A stretch of DNA of 63,522 nt, counting the filler, from Basidiobolus ranarum (Eukaryota): the NCBI GenBank assembly GCA_040143965.1. It is 41 parts of 41 records of this genome, joined end to end, with 100 filler letters (N's around TTAATTAATTAA, not from the genome) between each part and the next. Parts side by side here need not be neighbours in the genome. Positions count along the whole stretch, not along the records: positions 37,309 to 38,759 come from JASJQH010005146.1; positions 38,860 to 40,309 come from JASJQH010005147.1; positions 40,410 to 41,859 come from JASJQH010005148.1; positions 41,960 to 43,408 come from JASJQH010005149.1; positions 43,509 to 44,957 come from JASJQH010005150.1; positions 45,058 to 46,506 come from JASJQH010005151.1; positions 46,607 to 48,054 come from JASJQH010005152.1; positions 48,155 to 49,602 come from JASJQH010005153.1; 33 more parts are not named here. The stretch is one strand, 5' to 3'. Each line of letters opens with the position of its first letter. Positions within the stretch are counted from its first letter, which is position 1. Below the pieces are notes generated by a model. The model did no database searches and had not been told where the DNA came from. It saw only the letters and a program-made list of their open reading frames with translations. The position numbers and the translations under genes were made by a program. Below, piece by piece: positions 37,309 through 49,702 of the stretch.

Positions 37309-38247
37309 TACACCAGGCTTTGTGCAGCTGGTGGCTTTGTACAGTGACCATGCTTGTGATTATTTTTTCTATGAAGCCTCTGGCTTTCATAGCACAAGAA
37401 TTTGTGACAATAATAGCAGCACTTCTTTCAACATTTGGGTTGCAGCATGATAAGAATATTGTGGAAAAAAGAACACCTCCCACATAAGGGTAGTATTTTA
37501 GGTATAGCCCATCAATATTGTCAGCTGATTCTGAGACGGTGTCACAGATAGGTCATCAGGGGATTTATAAGTTATTTCCAGTAATGGATGGCAATTTTGG
37601 TTTATTGTAAGCTGTTTCTAAGCAATTTCATTATACCAAGCTTACCATCTGAAAATTTCAATGCCATTCAAAAAGCAGTCAAAATCTAAGTCAAAATCAG
37701 CTTCTAAGCTAAAGCGTGCTGGCACAAGAGGAAAAAAACTAGCAAGAACAGAGGACTTAATTGATGAGCAGTCTAGCAATCTACTATCCACTTTGGAAGA
37801 CATTAACATGCCAGAAACTAACTCCAGTAATAATGAAGCATTAATCAATTTACCAGATGTGTTCCTCTCCAGCCATAGTGCAAGTGAAGAGAGTGTAATC
37901 CCCCAATTACATAGTAAATCAATATTTGAGCAAAGTTCAACCAAAACACTGTCAAGACCATCAAATTCCAAAATGGCTACTTTGCCCACTATTGAACAAC
38001 CCTCCATAGGAAATTTAGATAGAATTATTACAACAAGGGAATCACAGGCAGAACACCATAATGATTGGTATAAAATCATAAGTAAAACTATGAAGTTGCT
38101 ATACAGGCCATGACAAGCAATAACGCCGCAATATTGCAATTAATGCAGCAATTAGAAGCAACTAGTCAACAGTTAGAGAGTCACTCAACAATGATACAAG
38201 ATCTTCAGAATGCTGTAGCTGAGCTACAGCAACATGCTGCTCTCTCT
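37309..38247. mobile_element. CMC/EnSpm central region: divergent starts of the accessory ORF (+, 37661) and the putative transposase (-)
   Basis: MPFKKQSKSKSKSASKLKR NLS-like start; inverted homolog at 43509-44957. Confidence 0.7.
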
Positions 38248-38859
38248 GTTGTAGTCTTGTATTTTATGCAAACACTTTATTGCAAAAGTTATGCATAAAT
38301 CAGCCTTTATTAGCTAAAGAAAGAAACTTGCAGAAAAAGAGCAAAGCAGAAGAAACCAAAATTTTGATCATCAACAGCAGCATTGATACTATCCAAACAT
38401 GCACAAAAGCATAAGATTCAAACTCAGCTAAGCCACAGCTTTCCAATGAATTAAGAATCACTCAGATTGGACCATTATTGGGCAAGTTAGAGTCAAGTCT
38501 AGAACAAGCAATATCTCTGACCTAAGCATGAAGAAAAACAGCTAAGCCACTTTTTTTAAGCAAAATTGTTATTTAGCAGCTTAAATTGGCAATATCTTGG
38601 GATCTAGCCAATGAGAAGCACTGAAAATTTGCACATGCATCAATCATCATACTCTGCTGATGTGTACCAAATATCTAAGCCACAGCTGATGTAATTGCAA
38701 TTTTATCACTGATTCTTTATTTTCTAAGCCACCTTTAACTAGTTAACATAGTCTATTTGNNNNNNNNNNNNNNNNNNNNNNNNNNNNNNNNNNNNNNNNN
38801 NNNTTAATTAATTAANNNNNNNNNNNNNNNNNNNNNNNNNNNNNNNNNNNNNNNNNNNN

Positions 38860-38959
38860 GAATTTTGCTGATGGCAGTCTTGGTGAGCTCTTTGCCAAGT
38901 ATATTCCTGATTACAAGAATCTGATGGTATCCTACTCTGCTAAAGCTAAATTGGAATAA
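38860..38959 (+). CDS. 3' end of an unidentified gene
   Basis: NFADGSLGELFAKYIPDYKNLMVSYSAKAKLE* followed by AATAAA. Confidence 0.5.
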
Positions 38960-39440
38960 GTAAATTGCTACTGAACATTGATTATTTCAAATAAAATTCT
39001 GTCTGTTTGAATATTTCCCGTGCTTATACAGTAATCGGGATGTTGATCAGGCTAGAGTTAATATCAACAAAATCCATTAGTAAGCCTAGTTTTTATTATT
39101 GATTAAAACATTTTGCACGCATTGTCAATATTTGTACCAAGACCTAGAAAGCATTCTTGGGTGACGGCAAATAGGTTTTGTTCATCCTAGAAATTGCTAC
39201 TATTTTTGTATCAAAATGAACGAGTAAATATAGCCAAATCAGCTTGAAACTCAAATCTTGGACTAACTAGGGCTAGTGCAATAATTACGTGAGTATTCGA
39301 CTAGAGTAGCAAGTGTGATTGTTGCTCATATTATATGACTTGGCGGCCTTAGCGTTTATAGTTATAAACTATAGTACTAGTAGAAATATATAACTCATAC
39401 ACGTTGACGCAATATAGCACAATCAACTTTATACTTCAAT

Positions 39441-39780
39441 ATGAAATCAACACCTGTTCTATTGTTGCTCTTGGCATTTACTGCCGTGGAAGTAGCCGAT
39501 GTTCAACGACAGGAAACAGCTTGTATCAATTGGTCAATACTGTATGTAACTTCCCAGGTGGTAACATATATGGCCCTGGAGCAAGAATTGCCACATACTT
39601 AGAGGGATTTCCACTTTTACGCAGAATATGAGCAGCCCTATTACTGCTTCTAGTGCTTGTTCATTGCTTCAATAGTTACAAAAACTTGGTTGCAACGTAT
39701 GTGGTAGCGTGCCTCTTGATTTTTCAGGTGACAATGACGTTGATTATGGTCAGCTTACTGTAAATTTTGTCGCCCAATGT
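39441..39780 (+). pseudogene. KP4 killer-toxin-like pseudogene
   Basis: LGIYCRGSSRC...CNFPGGNIYGPGARIA / frameshift ~39602 / GISTFTQN...SACSLLQ*LQKLGCNVCGSVPLDFSGDNDVDYGQLTVNFVAQC. Confidence 0.88.
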
Positions 39781-39932
39781 GGAGAGGCTTTGAAGACTGA
39801 TAAGTTGCTGTATTCAAGGATTGGCAACAGGAAAACGATGAAAGATATGTAGTCCCTACAGATAAAAACGGTGAGAGCGAGTCAACTGTGGGCACTGCTT
39901 ATCTAATGGGGTTCCAGGGTTAGTCTCCTAAA

Positions 39933-40309
39933 ATGATTCATGTTCTGTCCTCAACCAGTGTTGTTCCCCATGCTTACATTGTGGAGTTCCACAAAAATAT
40001 TGATAATGTTCAAGAGAAACTTCGTGCTGGTTTGAAAAAGGAAGGAATTGAATTCCATGAACGTACCACTTTTACCGATTCATTCTATGGATTCTCATTA
40101 GACGTAGGCGTTGATCATGCAGATTACTTGGCTTCATTCGAAGGTGTCAAGGCAATCTGGCCAATCGTAAGTGTGAATTTTGGGATAATACGGAATTCGA
40201 AATTTTACTAACTTCACATATATCGTAGACTCAACACGTAAAGAGTATTTCTGCTGACCAAGAAAAGATCGTCGGTTCTGGAAGCTTACCCCCTAATCTT
40301 ATTGCCTCT
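39933..40309 (+). CDS. Subtilisin-like S8 protease prodomain (I9-like), partial; intron 40167-40228
   Basis: VVPHAYIVEF, FYGFSL, LASFEGVKAIWP, spliced to ...LPPNLIAS; no clear signal peptide. Confidence 0.8.
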
Positions 40310-40433
40310 NNNNNNNNNNNNNNNNNNNNNNNNNNNNNNNNNNNNNNNNNNNNTTAATTAATTAANNNNNNNNNNNNNNNNNNNNNNNNNNNNNNNNNNN
40401 NNNNNNNNNCTCCATATACCTGTCACTAATAGA

Positions 40434-41859
40434 ATGATTCCCGCCAACAACCTGTTGTTACTTCTATCTAGTGCTCTTCTTGCCTCCAGTTTTGTTGTAG
40501 AGAGAGGATACGTTCCACCTACTGGAATCAGCTACTGTCAAGATCTGTTGTCGCACCTCAGAACTCGCTATGGCCTGAATATTGGTCCAGGTCTGTGCAG
40601 TAGCCGACCTGATAAGAGTGATGATGGGCTCGAGCTTCTAAATCCTGCTGATTTTACATGTGACGAACTTGCAGTCCGAGTCAGGGCTCTTGGTATCCAT
40701 GTTGATGCTAATGTCTGCCTCGGAAACATTGTCAATGAGTCTCACCGTAATGCTAAGAGGAGTGAGGATGATGATGAACGTCGGTGTAGAGACATCGTTG
40801 CCAGACTCAGGCTTCTAAAGGTCAAGGTAGATGCCAATGTATGTGTTGGTCTTCGAGGTGCTGGTGGTCTGTTGTCCAGAAATGAAATTAATCGAATGGG
40901 GTGTGAAGCACTTGTGGTCAAAGCTAGAATACTAAACATTATTGATGCTGATGTCAATATTTGTCTACAGAATGATAGAGAACCACGCAAACTTCAAGGA
41001 TCCAATGATGACAAATATAATGAGTGCCATGATATTGTCGCCCGCCTTCGTTTATTAGGGGTCGAAGTGGATGCAAATTTATGCCTTAGTACCAGAGGGA
41101 GCAAGGGTTGGTCAAAGAATCATGTCAACAGGTTGGAGTGCGATGACATTGTGGCTCATGCTAAAGTGCTTGGAATTCTCAAGGCTGATGCTGATGTGTG
41201 CCTACGCAATGGTCTGAATCCTGGTCACTCTCGACGTTCCAATGATGAAGATTACAATGAATGCGATGATATTGTTGCACGCCTTCGTTTGTTAGGCTTG
41301 AAAGTCAACGCCAACGTATGCCTTGGTATTAAGGGTAGAAATGGCTGGTCAAAAGAATATGTTGATGAATTAGAATGCGCTGACATTGTTGCCCATGCTG
41401 AAGTGCTTGGAATCATTAAAGCTGACGTCAATATCTGTCTGGGCAACATCTTGAACCTCGGCCACTCTCGAGGCCCTAATGACAATGAAGAGTACAACGA
41501 ATGCTCTGATATCGCTGCTCACCTTCGTTTGTTAGGCTTGAAGGTGGACGCAAATGTATGCCTTGGTATCAGAGGGAGCAAGGGTTGGTCAAAGGATCAC
41601 GTCGACAGGTTGAGGTGTGAGGATATTGTTGCCCACGCTAAGGTACTTGGGATTATCAAGGCTGATGTCAATGTGTGTCTTGGCAATATCCAGAACCTCG
41701 GTCACTCTCGAGGCTCTGATGGTGATGAATATAACGAATGCCCGGATATCGCTGCTCGACTTCGCATATTAGGTCTCAAACTAGATGCTGATGTTTGCAT
41801 TGGCGTCAAAAGTGCTGGTGGATGGACCAAAGATGATGTACGTAATAAAAGTTGCGAAG
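40434..41859 (+). CDS. Secreted tandem-repeat protein with at least 5.5 copies of a ~79-aa four-Cys unit; 3' truncated
   Basis: Signal peptide; alternating CxDIVARLRLLGLKVDANVC and CxDIVAHAKVLGIIKADVNIC modules; 475 uninterrupted codons. Confidence 0.93.
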
Positions 41860-41959
41860 NNNNNNNNNNNNNNNNNNNNNNNNNNNNNNNNNNNNNNNNN
41901 NNNTTAATTAATTAANNNNNNNNNNNNNNNNNNNNNNNNNNNNNNNNNNNNNNNNNNNN

Positions 41960-43408
41960 TGCCATTGCAGCACTCCAAAACTTCATGTTGGGACTCTCCA
42001 AAGCCTCCTGTACTGATTTTGGCTCATCAGAAAAGGCTAAATTAGCACTAGGCTCCTTTTGGCTAGTAGGAGAGTAGTAATCAGGCTGATATTTCAACCA
42101 ATTGGATCTCCTAAGATGGGAAAATGGCACTATGACTTCTGGTACCAATTTAGCCAATGAAACCACCTCAGGCTTGGTTGAGGAGACTGCAGGTGAGAGA
42201 CTTTGAATGGTTTTCTTACTGATCAAGATCTGGTGAGCAAAAGTAGAATTTTCATTGATTTTTGGTTGTTTTTCTTGATCCTGGATTGTTTTGAAAGAAA
42301 ATTTTTCTTCTTTCCCAAATTTCATGTCCCTTGACTTGATTAGCCTCTTATTTACCATGTCATATAGCCTGTATGTTTTTGTACCATTCAATATCCCAAA
42401 AAAAGACATATCTGGCTTTTTTGGTATAATTTTGATCTCTTCTTGCCTGGAATCATTGCATATGTGGTACTTCCAAGAACTCTTAGATTAGCCACATCAG
42501 GTTAACTTCCAAACCAAGCTTGATAAGGTGCTATAGCCAATATAGATCTGGAAGGATATCTATTTGTAATATATACTGCAGTTGCAACCAATTCAGCCCA
42601 GAACTGTTTTGGTAAATCTTGCTCATGAAGCATTGATCTTGCCTTTTCCATTATGGATCTGTTTGTACATTCTGCTACTCCATTCTACTGTGGAGAATAT
42701 AGTACTGTAGTCTGCTGCTTTATCCCATGTGTTGAGCAGAAGTTAGAGAAGAGTTTTGAGTTATATTCCCCTACAATATCAGTACGGATAATCTTAATCT
42801 TTAGACCTGTTTCAGTCTCCACCTTTGCTTTGAACTTCTTGAAGGTATCAAATACTTCATCCTTACTAGCCAGAAAGTACACCCAAGTATACTTTGTCTT
42901 ATCATCAATAAAGGTCATAAAATACCTTTTTCTGCCTAAGCATTTTGTCTGCATTAGGCCACATGGATCTGCATGTATCAGGCCCAATTTGTGATTAATT
43001 TTGCTCATTCCAGAGCCCACAAATGGCTGTTTGTGTTGCCTACCATATAGGCAATGTTCCCATAGCTCCAGATCTGGTGGAATTACAAAATGTAGTCCAA
43101 AAACCATCTTGTTTTTGATTAAAATTCTCATATTTTCAACTCCTGGATGACCCAATCTTCTATGCCAGATTTTCCAGTCCATCTCTTCAGCTGTGGCAAT
43201 ATTAACTTGTTCATATATTGGCCTAATATAATGAAGCTTATACAAGTCCTTTTGCTTAGGCCCAGAAGCTACTTAATTCCCTTTTTGATCCCTGATTGTG
43301 CAGCCATTTTGATCAAAATTAAAGCTATATCCCTCAGATGTATCTTTATTCACTGATGACAAATTTTTTGCTATCACAGGCACATATAGCATGTTTTTCA
43401 GTGTCAAA
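41960..43408 (-). mobile_element. Degenerate Copia integrase region
   Basis: WHRRLGH, HADPCGLM, YFMTFIDD, IRTD..GEY, EPKSVQEAL. Confidence 0.95.
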
Positions 43409-43508
43409 NNNNNNNNNNNNNNNNNNNNNNNNNNNNNNNNNNNNNNNNNNNNTTAATTAATTAANNNNNNNNNNNNNNNNNNNNNNNNNNNNNNNNNNNN
43501 NNNNNNNN

Positions 43509-44957
43509 ATTCAGAGTCTTTTGGTTTGCTGGTTTTTCTATGAGATTTCTACTTTTGTGCACCCAAGCAATTTTGGGTTGTTGTGTAGGCTTGATTGTCC
43601 GGCACATATTCTGCTCTGCTAGATTATCATGGTGAGGTTCATATGTATGGTGTGGGATTGACTGAGATCCTGTATGAGAATGGATGAAGGGAGCAGCATG
43701 TTGCTGTAGCTCAAGTATAGCATTCTGAAGGTCTTGTATCATTATTGAGTGACTCTCTAAGTGTTGTCTAGATGCTACCAAACACTGCATTAATTGCAAT
43801 ATTGCGGCATTATTGCTTGTCATGGCCTGTGTAGCAACTTCATAGTTTTTACTTATGATTGCATACAAATCATTATGGTGTTCTGCCTGCAATTCCCTTG
43901 TTGTAATAATTCTATCCAAATTATCTATGGAGGGTTGTTCAATAGTGGGCAAATTAGCCATTTTGGAAGTTGATGGTCTTGATTGCGTTTTGGTTGTACT
44001 TTGCTCAGCTATGGATTTACTACGTAATTGGGGGATTACAATCTCTCCACTCTCACTATTGCTGGAAAGGAACACATCTGCAAATTGATTACTGCTTCAT
44101 CGTTACTTGAGTCAGTTTCTGGCATGTTAATGTGTTCCAAAGTGGATAGTGGATAGTGGATCGCTAGACTGCTCATCAATTAAGTCCTCTGTTCTTGATG
44201 GTTTTTTTCCTTTTGTGCCAGCAGGCTTTGGCTTGGAAGCTGATTTTGACTTTGATTTTCAATGCTTTTTGAATGGCATTGCAATTTTCAGATGGTAAAC
44301 TTGGTGCAATGAAACTGCTTAGAAACAGCTTATAATAAACCAAAATTACCATCCATTACTGGAAATATCTTGTAAATCCCTTGATGACTCATCTGTGACA
44401 CCATCTCAAAATCAGCGGATGATTTTGATGGGCTATACCTAAAATACCACCCTTACATGGGAGGTGTTCTTTTTTCTGCAATATCCTTCTCAAGCCACAA
44501 CACAACCATTTAAACAAGCCCTGCTATTATTGTCACAAATTCTTGTGCCATGAAAGCCAGAGGCTTCATAGAAAAAATCATCACAAGCACAGTTGCTGTA
44601 CAAAGCCACCAGCTGCACAAAACCTGGTGTATGAAAACAGTAATAAGTGTACTAAATTGACTTTAGTTTTGCCTATTGAGTCCACTGACTGTGGTTTTCC
44701 TCAAAGTTTTGGTAACACTGCCAAAAGTCAATATACCGTGGAGTTATCACAGCTATATGACCAGAATGATGTAGGTCATAACACTACTTTGGTCAAACCA
44801 GTAAGTCCAGACAACTTTGAGGACTTGCTGCTAGATGTTGACTTTGGTTATTCCAGTACCAATGGTAGTATATCAGAAGTTGAAGAAGATGATGATGGTT
44901 TTGTTATGGACTCTTTGTTATTGGCAAACATTAGTCCACTCATAACACTTACAGTAA
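43509..44957. mobile_element. CMC/EnSpm central region: accessory ORF on minus, Cys/His-rich putative transposase N-terminus on plus
   Basis: CYYCHKFLCHESQRLHRKNH followed by an acidic stretch; inverted homolog of 37309-38247. Confidence 0.7.
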
Positions 44958-45057
44958 NNNNNNNNNNNNNNNNNNNNNNNNNNNNNNNNNNNNNNNNNNN
45001 NTTAATTAATTAANNNNNNNNNNNNNNNNNNNNNNNNNNNNNNNNNNNNNNNNNNNN

Positions 45058-45108
45058 GTCATAGAAGTACTTTTGCTCAGGTGTTACAAATGAAAGGGTG
45101 CTAGGCAT
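45058..45108 (-). CDS. First 17 codons of divergent paralog A (possibly phytanoyl-CoA dioxygenase family)
   Basis: MPSTLSFVTPEQKYFYD; matches the inverted copy at the other contig end; TATAAAA on minus at ~45169-45175. Confidence 0.6.
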
Positions 45109-46455
45109 TTCGAAGTTTGACTTGGTTGAAACTTGGATATTATGACGATTACTTTCCATGATTGTAACTTTTATAATGGTAGGGAGTTGGTTCGAAATTC
45201 TTCTCAGGAACCAATGGGTCGGTAAATATTATGGGGCCAAAATAGATTTGCACAAGCGGGACTTCAACCTAATTTAGGGCCAATCTCCATTGGAATCGGA
45301 CTCACCTGATTACACCAATATAGGCAGTCAATTATATTTACTTCATTTATCTAGAAACAGGATGATTCGCTATCTATCTTGATAAGAAGAATCAAATCAA
45401 TGACTTCAAATAGATTTATTTCAATGGAGATGCCTAGCTCTAGTGTAAAGAATAAGAATCAACTGAATACGAATGATATCCACCGACCTTAGCATGTGGT
45501 CGCTCCATGGATTTGCAAGTGGTCATTCATAACGCGTGAAGGCCGAATTCCCATGTTCGTACGTACCATACAAAAACCCCATCGTCTCGAATATGTACAA
45601 TTCTATTGGGTAAAAGAAGTGGACTTTAGGGGCACTCAAGGTTTGTTAACTTCCCAAGTTATATGGTTGCTCTAGACTCTGCTGTAATACAACAGTATGT
45701 GATAATTGTTGTCAGATTTTGTACAAACTGCAGACGAGCTATTCTAATCTTAGATTAGATCTAATGAAAGTGATTCATTGGATCATCCTCTCGTATGTTT
45801 AGTAAAAGGAAATCCCATTCACAACAGTGATTCTTTAAAATATTCACACAAACCAAACTGCTATCGGCAACTTTAAACTACTCTTTATCTTTGAAAGAAG
45901 TGATCCCTAAAACTTGTAAAAACTGGTGTCGCTAATCGAGTAGTATCATAACTGGAATAACCTTCTCCCCATTACAATTTTAAGCAAGTACAAGAATAAT
46001 ATGATATACCACTATTAAGTAACAAATGTTGAGTCAGATTGACTTCAGACGTCATTTTCTCTCAGGTAGTTCCGCTGAAATATGTTCAGGAATGTACTCG
46101 AGGCAGCTAACTTCAGCCAGTTTAGAACATGAACATATTAAGTACATATACTACCTAGAGTCAAACCGACACATTTGAATGTGATACATATAGTTCGTTT
46201 TCATCAACAAATTGTTAAATACAAATGGTAACTCATCCGGAGCCAATACAAGAAAATACAGAAAGATGTGCGAATTTAGGAAAAATTAATTGGAGTGGTT
46301 AAACCATCACGATAGTGACACCAATCGAATACTTTGAAAGTATCTTGAAGTATAATGGAAAACCTGAACGAAAAGAGAGTATATAATGCTAGCTAAGTGG
46401 ATATCCTAATCATCACAGCTTGAAGATTTCTGCAATAAGTCACCCACAGTTTACC

Positions 46456-46506
46456 ATGGCCGCCACAACATTATTTGTTACACCTGAGCAAAAGTACTTC
46501 TATGAT
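46456..46506 (+). CDS. First 17 codons of divergent paralog B (possibly phytanoyl-CoA dioxygenase family)
   Basis: MAATTLFVTPEQKYFYD in ACCATGG context; the two differences from paralog A in the last 11 codons are synonymous. Confidence 0.6.
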
Positions 46507-46606
46507 NNNNNNNNNNNNNNNNNNNNNNNNNNNNNNNNNNNNNNNNNNNNTTAATTAATTAANNNNNNNNNNNNNNNNNNNNNNNNNNNNNNNNNNNNNN
46601 NNNNNN

Positions 46607-47300
46607 AAGCTTCCTTCTTTCCAGCTAGAGGTATGGTGTAAAATATATGGCGTAAAATACTGATACCTGCTCTACATTCATAGATTGAGTAGAGACCCAG
46701 CAATGTCAACCCATTTTTCTAATACATCATTTTTAGCAACTGTGACTTGCAGTAAGCCTCATTCTGCCATTACTTCAGGATTTGCTACCCAGATTCCCCA
46801 GAGTGAAGACAAAGATTGTTGATTCTTGCTACTGATATATCATTTTTTCTCTTCTAGCCTTGGTCAATTCTTTCCTTATTAGGGTGGAAAACTTCTTAAA
46901 TGTGGACTTTCTTACTCTTGCACTTATTGTTGGATATTTATTCTATCCTTTCATGTGGGTGTTCTAAGTGCCAATTTACTAACTGTTGCCACTAACATAT
47001 TTGTCAATGAATTCAAACATTTTTAGATTAACTACTGCAGGTATACTTTGGGAAAGAATCACATATTTGACTATTTATTATCTTTATAGATTTACTAACT
47101 TGGCATCTTTTAGCATTCAAATTGGTGCCTTTGGAGCCATGTTGTATGGTACTATGTCTACTTTGCTGAGTGCCACCATTGCTGGCATGTTGCTTTGTTA
47201 TATTTTTCCAATCATCAAAACTCACAACCTTGTAAAGCAGCCTACTTATCAATCCTCACTCCCATTTTTTTGGGAAATAAAAATTCAAAAGCTATCATGA
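46607..47300 (-). mobile_element. Highly decayed repeat, possibly a Mutator-like transposase N-terminal Zn finger
   Basis: CpG-depleted; residual PAVVNLK...VNWHLEHPH resembles FAR1/WRKY-type fingers. Confidence 0.3.
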
Positions 47301-48259
47301 AAAAGAGACATGCACTTAACAGAAGATAGCAAAAGAAGGCAGCCTAGAAGTTGTGAAGACAATGACCAATGGGGTTCTGTGTAATCTTGCCAGCATTGCT
47401 AAATCAAGTATAACCAGCCTTGCTAATCAACTCTGTGGCCATGTTTCCATACTTTGTTACAGTGCCCTCAACAAAGCAGGACTACAGATAGATCAAATTT
47501 AGTACACCTTGGTCATGATTCTCTAACAAATATGTGAACAGACCAAATATCTTACTTGGTAGGGCTTATTTCCCTCATCATGGTAACAGAGCCAGCAGAT
47601 AGTCTTCTTGTTATTTTGACCATATTAAAACAACTACAAGGGTGAACTTTTCACCATCTAGTTTCTTGTGCTAGAACTCCTCAAGCTTGCTGCTTGGATG
47701 TAGCTTAAGTCCTCATTGCCTTGAGTAATAATTGCTGTTAGTATATGTGGATATTGGGAAAAATGCAAGAAGGAGAGTCATACCCTTGGTCATGTTAATG
47801 AACTTGCAAATGTAGTACTTCTCTTTGCAAGTGCAATGCTTCTGGCTCCATGTAAGCATTTGCACCTTTTGTCCAAGGTATTGAGCTGGAACATAAATGG
47901 TATTACCTTTTTCAGCCACCATTTTGAGCATTTCTATAGGTCCCAGAAGGTAAATATGCAAAGTGTGAATAGAAAAATGATGTTGTGATGAGAAGAGATA
48001 TAGAATGGCTTTTTATAGACTTCTTGGACAAGTACTTGATGATGTTCTCATGATNNNNNNNNNNNNNNNNNNNNNNNNNNNNNNNNNNNNNNNNNNNNTT
48101 AATTAATTAANNNNNNNNNNNNNNNNNNNNNNNNNNNNNNNNNNNNNNNNNNNNGTAACATATTGCATTCAGGCCATTTCTTTGGAAAATCAGTCCTGGG
48201 TAATTTTCAGGAGTGAAAGGATTTTTCTGTGGACTATCAGAAGTGGTTTTTGCACTAGT

Positions 48260-49407
48260 CATGAGACAATAACATTGAACCAGTCTAAGTATATCACAGA
48301 TTTACTCAAGAAGTTTAAAATTGAAGAATGTAATCAAGCATCTACCCAAATGGAGACAAATCTCAACTTGATCAAAATTGGCTCAAATCAGATATTTTTG
48401 GATTCAATTGAAAGCCAGAAAGTTCCTTATCAAACTATGACTGATAGTTTGATGTATATCATGGTTGGAACATGGCGAGATATTGATTATTCTGTGGGAG
48501 TTATGTGCCAATATCTTCAAGATTACGGATCTGATCAAATCATAGCAGTTAAGGTTATTTTCAGATATTTGAAAGGTACTGTGGATCTATGCTTAAAATA
48601 CACATATTCTGGATAAAACTTTGATCTGATGGGATATTCACATGCAAATTGAGGAAGAGATATTGAAGACAGGAGATCAACAACAGGGTACTTATTTATT
48701 TGCTGTAATGAAGCCATTTCCTGCATTTCAAAGAAACCACCTACCATAGCACTTTCAATAACAGAAGCTGAATACATGGCTGCCTGTGAAGCCATAAAAG
48801 AAGCAATGTGGTTAAGAGAACTCTCAACAGATTTGGGTTGTTCTCAAAATTCACAAACTACAATATTTCAAGATAATTAAAGTTCTGTCAATTTAGCTAA
48901 AAATTCCACATTTTATGATAGAAGCAAACATATAGATATCAAGAATCACCTCATTAGACATGATTGTTCATATATTAACCAAACCATTAGCTAGACAGAA
49001 ATTTGAGAAATTTAGACCTGTATTAGGATTAGTGATTATGACTATTTAGTTCAGAGAGAGTGTTGAAATTAGCTTTGCCTCAACACCTATATAGTTGTAT
49101 ATAGCTTAGTACTTGGTTATCTTATAAGTCACCAAGTTATTAGCCATTATTCTCCAGTGGAATATACTTTGAATATTTTTACTAACATAGAAGTTCTTGG
49201 ATATATAGATTTTCAAAACTTATGCTAGAAGCCCCAAACTTTGCACACATATTCCTGAGACCTTCCTTAACACATTCTACACATTAATTTGCTTACATCT
49301 TGACAAAACTGTAATTGTCAACTTTCTACTAAATAAATCATTAAGTGAAAACCATCAATTCCTCAAATTCTCCAAACCACTTCCAACAGGCTTCCAAATA
49401 CTTTAGC
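48260..49407 (+). mobile_element. Copia RT C-terminus, RNase H, PPT and LTR
   Basis: LNQSKYITDLLKKF, RSTTGYLF, ALSITEAEYMA, AGAGAGAG then TGTTGAAA at 49001. Confidence 0.9.
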
Positions 49408-49702
49408 AGTATATTGGTAATACCCTGAGCATTATGGTGTGTACTTCAGTATTGAATCAATGATCTATATTTGGGTGATTTCATCAAAAGTTTAACACAG
49501 GGAATCCACAGTATATAAGCCAAATATCTAAACTATTTACCTGATTCAGCAATTGCTAATTGTGTGCAAACAGTACATGACTTCAGGTTTTTCAGATTGC
49601 AGNNNNNNNNNNNNNNNNNNNNNNNNNNNNNNNNNNNNNNNNNNNNTTAATTAATTAANNNNNNNNNNNNNNNNNNNNNNNNNNNNNNNNNNNNNNNNNN
49701 NN

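Noticed and set aside
38860-41859. Apparent toxin/protease/repeat-protein cluster
   Set aside because: The repeat protein is on a different contig; only the KP4 pseudogene and S8 protease are truly adjacent.
40434-41859. Hydrophobin or dikaritin-type RiPP precursor call
   Set aside because: There are no CC doublets or 8-Cys pattern, units are long, dibasic sites are not present in every linker, and no tailoring genes are visible.
47380-47990. Decayed ORF-like sequence on the minus strand (KGNTIYVPAQYLGQKV...)
   Set aside because: CpG-depleted and frameshifted, with no family I can recognise.
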